From Balanoglossus misakiensis (lineage: Eukaryota; Animalia; Hemichordata), in assembly GCA_040954595.2 (NCBI GenBank), contig CM082580.2:12104909-12168908 (forward strand): a stretch of DNA of 64,000 bases, read 5' to 3'. Position 1 is the first letter of the stretch. Each line of letters opens with the position of its first letter. The position numbers and the translations under genes are program-made. Positions 11,218-29,600 of the stretch are shown in pieces. A model generated the notes under the pieces. It had not been told where the DNA came from, did not search any database, and saw only the letters and a list, made by a program, of their open reading frames with translations.

Positions 11218-14200
11218 ATGGAATTAGTCTTCGCCAGCGAGTGGCCGAAAGCGGATTCAAACGCATGGTAAGTTTTAAACTGCCTAGCTCACCTTTTCGG
11301 GTCGATTAGATTCAACGATGGAATTTATCGTACCACAGTCTGCATCCGTTACATCTCATACACAATGAATGTGTGTGGAGAAAGATGGGAGGGGAGAAGA
11401 TGGAGAGAGGGGGTTGGGGGAGGGATGGTGGTATTGGAGAGGGAGGGAGGGGAGAGAGATATAGAAAGATACCATCATTGATAAGGTGGGCTCAAGATGT
11501 TTGTGTTTGCTCAACAGGACAAGGAAATGGACCATTGATGCTGCATGTTCGTGGTCTTGCCGTAACACAATTGCATTCTCGGGAGCCAGTGGATGCAAAC
11601 TAAGTAACGTAAATGATGGTGAATCACAAGGAGGCAAAATACACATTGTAGATCCAGACAGACCATGGCAAGTTCACAGGTAAGTACCAGGGCTGGGTAA
11701 AGACACTGTATGTGGACCTGTATAGAGGGAACAGGGGTTTTGTAATGTGCATGGAATTCAATCTGGCCATGCCACTGAGGCTATCAACTGCAATGGAAAT
11801 GAACGCATTCTGGTTTCTTCAGTTTCAACACGGGTCACACCAATGTAATCAGATGTATCAGATGGGATATTTCCGGAACCAGGCTTGTCACGGCAGACGG
11901 TGGAGGCAAGTGCAAACTATGGACCATGAAAAACCACATCCTGAATGACTGGAAGTGTGGAGGAGAAAGTGCTGTGGATGGAGAAACCATTGTCACTCTC
12001 TCGTGGCTTCATATTGGACTCAAGGTAACTGCTCATTTTGATACCTAGGGATTTTGATTTTGGAAAAGAAAGTTAATGTTGAAAACAAGTGAAACGGCAG
12101 ATGACGGTCAGTGCTATTAATGGCTGGAGATTGAACCAGTCAGTCCTTTACCAGTTATTCAGCACCACCCACCTTATTTGATATTTTCACAATTATTTCA
12201 TTAGGTCAACTACAACGTGGAAAGAACAGACTCGCCAAATGTCATGGAGAAGTTTTCCAGACAAAAATTCTTGCCATCAGTATTACAATATGGCGGCAAA
12301 GCAATTGAGGGATGGATAGCAGTTACAATGTCTGGACTGGTATGTAAAATTCTTCATTTTAAACTCAACTTTTCCATGTTTTTAGTTCCACAGACAACGT
12401 GTTATTATTTGGTTTGTGTGGTTATCTTTTGCCTTTCCTTTGCCATCTCTAGGTGAGCGTGACATTGATTAAAGGTAATGGTGATTTGATCTCAGCTACT
12501 GAATGTCTTGGTGAAAGCAGAACCCATATAGCTCTGGCTGATGTTGCCTTTACAAGCTGTAAGTGTCAGACTCTTCCATCTGTACAATTTGCACCATTGC
12601 TGAACATTTTACCACAATTTTCTAACAAAAGTGTGAGCTGTCAATCATAAAGCTGAAAACTATTTTGTTGAACATGGATGCTGAAGAAGTAAATGCTGAC
12701 TGTTTTTGTTGTTGTGTTTCAGCTGGACACATAGTTGTTGGTACATCAGACGGAAGCTGTAGATGCCCAATACGCTTCTACAAATTGATTGTCAAGTATA
12801 ATAAAGGTGCAGTATGAATCATAATACCCCCGTACTCATAGATCTTTTGATGTACTATGTGAATTACTCATTTCAGCCTAAAAGCATCCAACAGTATTTT
12901 TAGTGTACTTTTACTAATATTGTTGCTGGTTCACATCTTTACAGACCATTGCACAATTCACTCGGAAGCCCTTCCCAGTCTCTTCCTTCAATGCTGTACA
13001 GATCCCAATCAGAAAGACAAATGTAAGTATATGTGCTGACTTGAGCAGAGAGGGCGCTTTCTTAACCTGACCTTTTTAATTTGTTGTCGTTATACAAGAT
13101 AATTTAATTTCTTTTGAAGAAATATGTCTTTGTGTCCTGTTCACAGATAATTTTGTGAGCCATATACAGTTTATGAAAAAAGAAGCAGGTGATCAGATTA
13201 TAGCATGTGCCGGAGGTAAGAATGCTTTGCAAACGATGCTAGTCTCTCAGGTTTCTTTCCAAACAATTACCTTTCCTATATTTATGCCGTTCTTCATTAT
13301 AAAGAAAGGCAGGTTCTCGCTATCCTAGTAGTAAATCCTTGCATTTCAAGCAAGTTCTGTATGAGGCATATTCTCTAAAGGCACCCCAGGCCAAATCTCC
13401 TAACAGCCAATCAAATATCTCCCTCTAGGCCCCCTAGGAGCATGCATAGAGTGCTGGGGTTTACGAAGAGAAGCAGTGAGTGTTCATAAAAACTTCCAAG
13501 CCAGTTCACCTCCAAGAACAAGAGACCAGCAACCGTCTATTCTGGTAAGGGCATGATTAACACATCATCTCATTTCTTGATAATTATTATGATAAGAGCT
13601 AGATATCATAGATGTTTGAAAGAATAGATCTTCACTCTTCTTTAGGTAATTCTATCCTTGACATGACAATTCAGACAATTCTTCCATGCTTTTTTTTCTT
13701 CACATGTCTACTTCGACAGAAATGGGTTTTCAATTCTAGTTACACGGACACATCAAATGTTGCTGCCTTAGCACTGCCCAAACTACCACTGAATCTGTCA
13801 ATAAAGTCCATCTACAACGGGCCTGGAATGGTTTTCGCTGTGGCATTCCAAGATGGCAGCATCAAACTGGTGCATAGGTGCGTATGGTCTGCGGTGTTGT
13901 GGGTGTAACCGTTGATAGTCCAGTCTTGCAACAAGACTGTTTGGTAACGTAAACACACTGTTATATTTAACTGACACCTTCCAGTTGTTCAAATTAATTA
14001 CTGTAATCTTCTGTTCTGTTTTATTATGATCTTTTTCTTTGCTCCTAGGGTCTCGCTGAAACCATTTGCAGTTTTCAAGTATGAAGGTGTCAAGCAAGAT
14101 TCAGGACCACAATGTATGTGTGTTTGTTAAAGCTTTACTCTGTATCAGATCTGTCAATGTTACAATCAGCATCATTGTCATATAAATCATTGAAATTCAG

Positions 14201-17200
14201 TATTCTGTCAGATCCAGATGGATGAAGGGATTGTTATTTTGTCTGCTACAAAGATTCAGAATGATCCAATGTTACTTTGGCTCATGAACTTTCATGAACG
14301 TGTTTTTTTTAGTAAAAAGACAGAAGAGCAGCAACAATGGTAAACAGCTGTCTTGTATCGAGATGTCTGCAACATGCTGCAGTTTAATTGGTGTTGACAA
14401 GAGTGGGACGCTGTGTTTGTTGAAGATTGCACCAACATTGGGACAGGCACTTGATCCAGGTTTGCACTAACAAGTTTACCAGGCTAATCACAAAATCATT
14501 AGATCTATAATTACTTTATCTTCTTTCTATGCTCAAAAGATGTCAAATGGTTTGTGTATTTTCCAAATTGCTTTCCTGGTCTCACTTCTGTTTTGTGTTC
14601 ACGGTTTCTTTGTGTTATCTTTCAGGGGCAGCTAGAGCACATACGATAGCACAGGTTGTGAATCTATTAGAGTATTGTATGGTGACATGCTATGACTGGT
14701 GGGATTTGTTGCTTACAATTACTCCAGGTATATCATTCATTTGTAAAATTAAGTCTTGTGCCAGTATGAAGAAAAGCTTTCAATTATACTAGTAGTAGTG
14801 TGTTTTGATAGGTATGCAGAGTATGTATATCAAAACCTGTAATACGTGAATAAGGCACCACATTTGTGCGACACCCTCATGCCAGCTGTTATTTTTACAC
14901 TATCAAATTCACTTTCATTACAGGCATGGTAGAGACTGTTATCGATAGACTGAGCGAGGCTTTCAACAGACAACCCAAACCATTGCAGGAATTGTTGTTT
15001 ACCAGACTCACTGCTGTCAAGGCAACACTGTACAGGTAAGGATGCTTTGACCTCTGACCTCAGACATCCCGGGATCCTAATAACTTAAGGGATGAACGAC
15101 TAGATTTGTTTTGCCTGGCTACTGCTCTGTTCTACACCCATTATACACACACATTGTGTCAGATATGGACGCAGTGTGTCTAAGCAAATGATAGCACAAT
15201 TTCATTGTATGCTTCTTTTTCTGTAAATTCGTAGGTTGAATGCAAGCGGTACAGGTAAATCAGCTGATTGCCATGCCAAGCTGCTACTTAATGCCATTGC
15301 TGTCACATTCAAGTCTTTGTTAAGACCCACCACACTTGTTAGTCAAGAGAAAGGGCTGGCTGAAAAATTAGCAGGTAACATCATACATTTTTCTAGCTGC
15401 AACTTTAACAGTCAGTGTTATTAAAAAGAGATAATACTTCAAATGATATTTTGACTTTATCTTAAGTAGTATGGTTTTGACGAATTGAGCAGATTTGCTT
15501 ATTCTAGCAGTTGAAAGGTCTATAGCAAATGTTATGATAAGTTAATAATTGTTCTATTTTGAATCATTCAGTGGTATGCTCTAGGAATGTGGAAACAGAT
15601 CTGGACAAGATTATGATGAATCTGGATACAAAAGAATTCGTAATTGAACCTGGTGAGTTCTGATTAACCCTTCTGCCATAATAGTTTGGTCCATTCCTTA
15701 TTTCCGTTTTTGGTGTCCATAGAACACTACAGTTATCAGTGTATGGATCTTGAGTGCAATATTCTGATACAGCCTGATTGATTTCTTTGTTTTGTCTTTT
15801 TCAAAACCAGCCACAGTACAATCACTTCAGCAGCTGATACAGTGGGTGGCTGACTTCGCACTGTTCTTGTTGAGTAATGTCCCACTTCAACAGATGTACT
15901 CTAACAGACCTGGGGTAAGTGTAGTGAGTCAAGTGAGAGATGATTTGCAGAGAATGTACCCCATGACACAAGTTGTCTGTTGTTGACATGGTTCTGACAA
16001 ATGTTTGCTCCATTTTCCTTTCAGCTCAGCATGCTAAGAGACTGTTCAGTACTGTGCACACTCAGGGAACTGCTTGTCATCATTCGTATATGGGGACTCA
16101 TCAAGTCAACTTGCCAGCCGATATTTACATCTACTTCAGGTAAACAGGACTCTTTTGATAACGGATCATTTCCATGACCCCTATATGACCTTTATTCTGG
16201 CATTTTGTGGGTATGAATCGGCCAATATGATGCCTGAGTTTCATTCATGCAGTATTGCAGCGGTTTCTACTACCAGTATATAAACCATTATCCTTACCAA
16301 CTTTCTAAATATTTCCCCACTAAATGCACTGTGTATTAATCACTTTTCAGACAACGTGGACGGTCTTTCAACACTCTTCAAATTGCTGACTCAAGTCTGG
16401 ATGTGCTGTAAGGATGAAAATTACAGTGAATTTGATGACGTCCTAATAGGTAAGACAATGACCAACATGTACATATACTATTCCACCATGATTTCCTTCA
16501 ATGTAAATCCAATGGGGACTCTGTCATTTAAATTACTTGCTTACCATTTCTTTGTCTTTTGATTATCAACAGATGAATGTATACTACTTCCAAGTCAATT
16601 ATTGATTCCAAACATGGAAAGCTTACCTGTGGTTGAAGGTTGGTTTGATACTTTCTTATTTTCAGAAAAATATTACCATTGCAGGCAAAAACGATTCTTT
16701 TCCAAGCATTTTGAATTTATCATCCTTATTGTTTTACTATCAGTGAGCTAATTCTAGATATCCAGCGATTATCTGAATCTACTGTTTGTATCTTTTAAGA
16801 AATATGAATAATAATTTTCTTGGCAACTTCCATCCACCAGGCATCACAGGCAAGATCACTGGCAAGTTGCCGATGAGTTTCCACTTTGAAAGTACTCCAC
16901 TTCACATCCCTCATGTCACAAGTTTCAACCCGGGGGCCACACCTGGCACAGAGCTGATCACCAGACTGATGACTGACAAGCACTGTCACAAACACGACAT
17001 TGTGAGAAGAATCCACCTAGGGGTGGCACCCCACGATGAACTGAAACAATGTACAAGGTAGAGTGCACTGAAAATGTGAAACAATGTTGCAAACATTTTT
17101 CATTTGGCCACTCTGATAGATATCAATATAATGAATTTACCTTTGCATGAAATCTGACCTAGGACACATTTTACATTACTCTCTTACAGATGTTCTTGTA

Positions 17201-17319
17201 TTTCATTGGTGAAGTCCAATGCACAGAGTCCAGCACTGAAGGCCTGGGATCAGCGATGGGTCAAAACATGCGTCTGTGGTGGACAGTGGAGAAAACTAGA
17301 ATTTGCTCAGACTTGCTGA
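11218..17319 (+). CDS. MED16: Mediator of RNA polymerase II transcription subunit 16. Exons 11218-11267, 11518-11679, 11823-12024, 12205-12339, 12453-12558, 12723-12806, 12945-13022, 13147-13215, 13429-13544, 13720-13877, 14049-14113, 14313-14459, 14626-14727, 14924-15035, 15235-15374, 15572-15652, 15811-15914, 16025-16139, 16351-16449, 16573-16638, 16841-17057, 17190-17319
   Basis: The spliced translation carries recognisable MED16 segments: CSWSCRNTIAF, EKFSRQKFLPS...GGKAIEGWIAVTMSGLV, LLEYCMVTCYDWWDLLL, LQQLIQWVADF, LRELLVIIRIWG and the C-terminal CTRC...WDQRWVKTCVCGGQW. All introns are GT-AG with consistent phase. Confidence 0.95.
11380..11460 (+). repeat. G/A-rich low-complexity tract with G-quadruplex potential in MED16 intron 1
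   Basis: gggaggggagaagatggagagagggggttggggggagggatgg...gggagggaggggag; multiple G3+ runs. Confidence 0.6.
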
Positions 17320-17790
17320 CATCAACTATCATGCATCCAGATACATTTTGTTTTCTGTTTGTGAATATTTTATACTTTTTTATTCTCACCTACACACTAT
17401 TTAGTCACTATTATATCTTCAGTGTTGTAACATTGTCAGTCAGTTGTTGTACTGTTTGTATCCCATTTTGTATGTCTTAGATTTCAAGTCTGCCAGTTCA
17501 GTTATGTAGGTTATTTTGGGGTTAGTGTAGCACAAGAAATACTATAATAAAGCTGTCAGATGTGTTATAGTAAGATTATAGTAGCATTATGGGGGTAGTG
17601 CTGTATATCGCCCCAGATACATGTTGATACACTGTCTAAATGTCTCGAACCAACTTTAATCAAAAGAATTTTGTGTCTCTTTTTTGTGTTTTTTTTCACT
17701 TGCAATTTGTTATTTGAGATTTAAGATGAAAGTATTTTGGTAATAAAAAGGAAATAATGTAAAATCATACTTTATTTATTGTTGGTGTCA

Positions 17791-17856
17791 GTATACCTAA
17801 TCCACTCTCCGGGTAATAATAGATACATGTATACCTAATCCACTCTCCAGGTAATC
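17791..17856. repeat. Two-copy direct repeat (38-bp period) gtatacctaatccactctcc(g/a)ggtaat upstream of TMED
   Basis: Copies begin at 17791 and 17829. Confidence 0.85.
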
Positions 17857-18043
17857 AAAAGGGCCATTCCTTTATACAAACTAATAAGCTGAATGCGACC
17901 ATCCGGTCACCATTGACAACTTTGCATATACAACTGGAGAAAAGAACCCAACACGTAACGAACTGACATACGCGGCCATGTTAGCTATCAGTCATCCTGT
18001 TGACGTGTAACTCTTGACGAAGTTGTCAGTCAGTTTTAGCAAA

Positions 18044-19945
18044 ATGAATGTTTTGTACAGTGTTCAGAAAAACTTTTCCCAAATTTTTGTAATATTTATA
18101 ATAATCAAAAGCGTGCAGTGCTTCGACTATGACTTCACGTACATAATTCCGGCGGGTCAGCGGGAATGCTTTCATCAACCAATCAAGGCGGAAAACACAC
18201 TTGATTTCGAATTCCAGGTAAACTTTTTTTGCCAAGTTCAATACAGGGATTTCATTTCAAATGACGTAGTACAGTTATATAGTTTTCACCACCAAATAGT
18301 AGCTTTATATCTCATTCCACGTCGGGCGGTACTTGGGCGCATTGTATGAACATGAAGCCGTGGAAACCTTTGATTGCCGGGCAGGGCAGACGCCAGGTTA
18401 CCTTGGCTGTCTGCTGCAGCCAGTATGCTGCAACGTGGGTGCAAGGATCTATGCACACATTGGAATGTGGGGGACTCTAAAGCAGGTGTAAATGGTGTCT
18501 GTAATGCAGAAATCGCAGTGGTATTCAACCTGTCTCGGTCATTCCATCAATGAGCTACCCCGGCATTGCCACTGAGGAGATGATCCGGGTTCTGGGACAT
18601 TCATGCTTGTTCATGAAAGAAACTTCAAGTTCAATACTTTGTGGTCAGAGAGCACTAGTACCAGTATATGATTCTAAGGTGTTGGGAAGTTGTTGTTTTT
18701 ATCTGTAAGACATTAATTTTTGCATTTTTGTCTTATCTTTAAGGTTATAGAGGGAGGTACGCTTGATATAAATTTTATGTTGAGGTCACCAACAAATAAA
18801 GTCCTTGCATCTGATATCAGGAAATCAGAAGGAAGTCACACGTAAGTAACTGTAATTATTTCATTTTAAAATCACATTTGTCAGAAGTTTTGGCCATGGG
18901 GTAAGAAAAAGTTTTAGACTTGAGACTTGTGTATTCTAAATGCTTACATCACCATGTGAATACTAGACAGTCATCAATTTGTTTTATGTTTCTTTCTAGG
19001 ATTGATACACAGGAGTCAGGAGATTACTTATTTTGTTTTGATAACACCTTTAGTCGGATGTCACACAAGGTGAGTGCATTCTGGACAAGGACAAAAACCT
19101 AGTTGTATTATCATGAAGATTATCAAATCACCTGCTTACACAACATTGGCAGAAAGTTATGTACACTACACTAATACAGAAACCTACACAGGAATCTTGT
19201 ATACATGCCAGATCCACAGTGCTGTTAGTGTTACCAAACTGATGAAGTCTCAATTAACAATTACTTGTGTGCTTCTGTAGGTTGTGTATTTTGAACTTGT
19301 CGTAGACGCTGAAGATTATGAATTTGAAAAAAATCCCTGGGAAGATGAACTTCTAGCAGATCAACTAATTGAGATGAAACTTGAAGATATGCAGGTAAAT
19401 ATATTAGTATATACAGCTGAATTTTAGTTTGCATGAAATAATTGCATTATTGAGACCAATATGCAAGTGATGGTTATTCCCAAAAACACAAATAAAATTT
19501 AAAATAAAATAAATATGGCAATCTGCATGGTCACATATGTTTTATGATACAAGCAATATTGGTTTTGTAATTAAAAAGTCCTGTACAGTATTCTGATGTG
19601 TGTTTGACGACTAACCTTTGGTCTTTCATTTATTCGAATTTTATTCTGTAAGGTAAACCAGTGATATTCAAAAAATATATTATTTGTGTGAAATTCTGAT
19701 CTTTTCTGTCAAATTTCGCTATGCAGGAATCCCTTAATATTGTGAAGAAGCACCTGAAGGAGTCGCAGAGCCATCAGAGAATCTGGCGCAACATGGAATT
19801 CCGCGACCGTTACATTGTTGAACGTAACTTTGAACGCATCAATTTCTGGTCAGCGGTCAACACAGCTGTTATGGTGGTGACTGCCTTGATTCAAGTCATC
19901 ATGATTAGGAATTTATTTAGTGATAGCAGAAAAATTAGGACATGA
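18044..19945 (+). CDS. p24-gamma family transmembrane emp24 domain protein (TMED1/TMED5-like). Exons 18044-18217, 18744-18841, 19000-19069, 19281-19394, 19727-19945
   Basis: Signal peptide; GOLD domain (FTYIIPAGQRECFHQ...FQVIEGGTLDINFMLRSP...GDYLFCFDNTFSRMSHKVVYFEL); coiled coil; EFRDRYIVERNFERINFWS; TM helix; cytosolic tail LFSDSRKIRT typical of TMED1/5. Confidence 0.92.
18346..18614 (+). ncRNA. Candidate structured intronic RNA (~270 nt, family unidentified) in TMED intron 1
   Basis: GC-rich island in an AT-rich intron. It has a closing stem, a long-range tgccggg/cccggca helix and several internal hairpins whose G-U pairs favour the + strand. No family match was confirmed. Confidence 0.35.
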
Positions 19946-21312
19946 GTTTTCTCTTTTTCTAGATGAATAAAAAAATAGCTCATGCATGGAATACTGGGAT
20001 CTTGTACATTGAAGTAGCCATTGCTACTGGATGTTTTTTTATAAGCTGGGACCTCATGGAAGTGACAGTATTGTTAGTTTTATTTTACACGTCCTGGTAT
20101 TATTTGCTGAGAAAGAAGTCACTTTTATTTGAATCATATTGATAAAGCCAAGATCAGTAGGCTGTCTTAAATTGCCTCAAATCTCTGCAGAAAAAGGCCT
20201 CTTCAATAATACTAGCACTGCAGAAGGGCTTCTCACCGATTCCAAAATGCAACATTGATATGCTTTTTTAAAGGATATTTCTACTTTTGATGAAAGGTTA
20301 ATAGAAAATAGGGGTGTAGAACATTGTGTAAACAGCCTGCAAAACTTAAGTATTCTGAAAACTAAGTTATGTTTTGATATTTCAAAAAGTACACTCCTGA
20401 TTTAAAGTGTTTTTCCATTATTTTTGTACCATTGTATTGTTTCTGGTAAGGTGAAAATTCGTGTCCAAATTGTATGGCCATTTTATATAACGCTAATGGC
20501 AATAAAAGCAATATTTCTACGTACAATAATAAATTCTACAGAGAGTACCATTCTGTGCTCTGTATTGTATTACCTGAAACCAGTATAAATATACAGATGT
20601 ATTTTTTGTTGAGTAGAACACTGACTATCTGGTGACTTTTGTACACTTTTTAGCATAACACCTCTTGCAGTGGAGATGTTCTTTTGCAAAGACTGTACCA
20701 GTCCTCTTTTGATGCAAACTTTTGTACCTGACATTATAAACTGAATGTTCTATTAAACAGAAAATACTGTTGTATCATTGTAAATGAAGTACCAGTACTT
20801 AAAGAATGAGTTTTTCAGTGTTGCGTGTTCAAAGCAATATCATAATGTTACTTTTCAAATTATTTCTAAAGGGTGCTCATCCAAGGGTGGTTTTGACACT
20901 AATTGATTTCTGCTTTGATTCTTTTGCTTTAGGATTTTTCTTGCAATAAAGAAACTAGAGAATGTAGGATAATTTTCAGTGGAATTACTAATATCTGTGC
21001 GGTGTGTGATGTAGAAATGATAATGATCACAAGCAAACCCAACTTGTACACACTTTGTATTGTAGTACATGTATCCATATTTATGATTTCTACAATAAAT
21101 AAACTATACTTAATTACTTTTACATGCAACTTCAGTCTCCCTGAATATCTTATCTTTGCTTTTGGGGTTACAATTTTTTTATTGTACATGTACATTTGGA
21201 ATAAAAGGAGAAAAATGGCAATAAATGGATTCCTGCATGTATAAAGACGTGTTGTAGGTTGCCACCAACGACAGAATGGAGAAATGAACATGCGTTCACA
21301 TTTCGTATGGGA

Positions 21313-21324
21313 GCCGCCATTTTG
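21313..21324 (-). promoter_or_regulatory. YY1-type motif upstream of EFTUD2
   Basis: gccgccattttg is the reverse complement of CAAAATGGCGGC, ~180 bp upstream of the ATG. An ETS-like ccggaa lies at ~21443. Confidence 0.45.
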
Positions 21325-21504
21325 TTTAGGCTCGTAAAGCAAGGAGGTTTGTTGTTTATATGTTTTGATGCAAGTATTCCGATACCGTAGCTATACTTAA
21401 GAGCATTTCACCATATATGCCAACGGTCGGCTAAAGAAACGTCCGGAAAACCAGGCAGTTATTCATAAGTTTTGTGGATCAAGCTAAGTCTTCGATTTCT
21501 GAGA

Positions 21505-28400
<6,896 letters not shown>

Positions 28401-28540
28401 ACAGAATACACTCCAGTGATTTGCTTTCCATAGATCTCATTTGATCACAAAAATATGACAATGATTTCAAAGTTTTCTTGATGTTGTGATAAACCCTATT
28501 TTGGGGGGGGAATGTAATATGATGACAGAAAAGAATGGAT

Positions 28541-28717
28541 GCCTTGCTAAGTCATGGTTGTCGCAGTCCATGAAAACCGTGATTTCTCCAATGTCAATCC
28601 CCGGGGCATATATCTAGAGGTAACTATGGTGACAGTACCTACAACCTGGCCAAAACAGTGATAGCTATACCAGTGACCTGGCCAAAATGACAACTTTGAG
28701 GCATGACTTAGCAAGGC
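28541..28717. mobile_element. 177-bp element with perfect 16-bp terminal inverted repeats in the EFTUD2 3' UTR
   Basis: gccttgctaagtcatg (28541-28556) and catgacttagcaaggc (28702-28717) are exact reverse complements. An internal direct repeat acctggccaaaa occurs twice. AATAAA follows at ~28766. Confidence 0.6.
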
Positions 28718-29030
28718 TCAACTTTTGATACTTTGGTGTCAGTAACTATGTGTTTATTTTTTTCAAATAAAAAAGGAACAGAAAGAAGACTAGTTGTATA
28801 TGTCAGTACTTTACCATCAAGATATCTCCTCAAAAATGCACCATTTCACTTTCAACATGATCCCGGCTTTTGATAAAATGATGTATGGTAAAAAATAATA
28901 TTTAGTTTGGTTATGTAATTATAAAGTCTTGATTTGATGACAAGGTTATGGGAGGATATAAACACACGGAAGTATATCAACCTATCATGTGATAGTGAGA
29001 ATTATTTGGGCAAAAAAAATGAAACAAAAG

Positions 29031-29104
29031 AGGCACCGCTGGGATTCGAACCCAGGATCTCCTGTTTACTAGACAGGCGCTTTAACCAACTAAGCCACGG
29101 CGCC
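29031..29104 (-). tRNA. tRNA-Thr (anticodon AGT)
   Basis: The reverse complement reads GGCGCCGTGGCTTAGTTGGTTAAAGCGCCTGTCTAGTAAACAGGAGATCCTGGGTTCGAATCCCAGCGGTGCCT: cloverleaf, A box TGGCTTAGTTGG, B box GGTTCGAATCC, AGT anticodon. Downstream T-runs act as Pol III terminators. Confidence 0.97.
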
Positions 29105-29379
29105 AGTTACGAACTGTGGGCTGAATAACCTACTTTAATAGGTGGACCCTATATTAAAAATGCAAATGATATGTTATATGTATTGTGTATGCCTGCAAAT
29201 GTTGGCGTTGCGTTTACTGCACGGCAGTGTACTTGCCAGCAGCGACAGCACATTCTCGCGAAGCAGAGCAATATCCCTGCGTTTCCGCGCCGCACAGAAA
29301 GGCCCGTGCTTTCTGAAAAGTCAAAGGTCATAGACAGCGCCCTCTGGAGAGGCAAATCATCACCAGGACGAAAGGTCAG

Positions 29380-29600
29380 TGTTGACTGCCAGCATACGAC
29401 GAAGAGTTCGTTTACAGTGCTTGTAAACTGGTTTATTTAGGTTACCTTAGCTTTCGTTGCCATCATTAATTGTCACCAGGATATCGGTGTCTGTTTCCAC
29501 GTTTACAAACATCGGCGGTGTTATATCGAAGCCCTCCTCGCGACAGAATATTTGGCGAACCAAGGACGGTTCAGCTTGGTAGGATTTCATCTCAAACACG
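29380..29600 (+). other. Probable non-coding first exon of sialyltransferase 1 (5' end approximate)
   Basis: CpG-richer segment ending in a consensus donor acg|gtaagt at 29601 with no open coding frame. A candidate acceptor ttgatag lies at ~31235, just before the ATG at 31294. Confidence 0.4.

Noticed and set aside
18346-18614. RNase P/MRP, U3, telomerase RNA, HDV-like or hammerhead identity for the TMED intron element
   Set aside because: Partial word matches (ggaatgaccgagac and cagaacccgg on the - strand; tgaagccg; ctgagga) are in the wrong order or lack the required pairings, and there is no CTAACCC template. It is kept only as an unidentified structure.
28519-28560. SECIS element (atga...aa...ga) in the EFTUD2 3' UTR
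   Set aside because: No supporting stem, and EFTUD2 has no in-frame TGA and ends in TAG.
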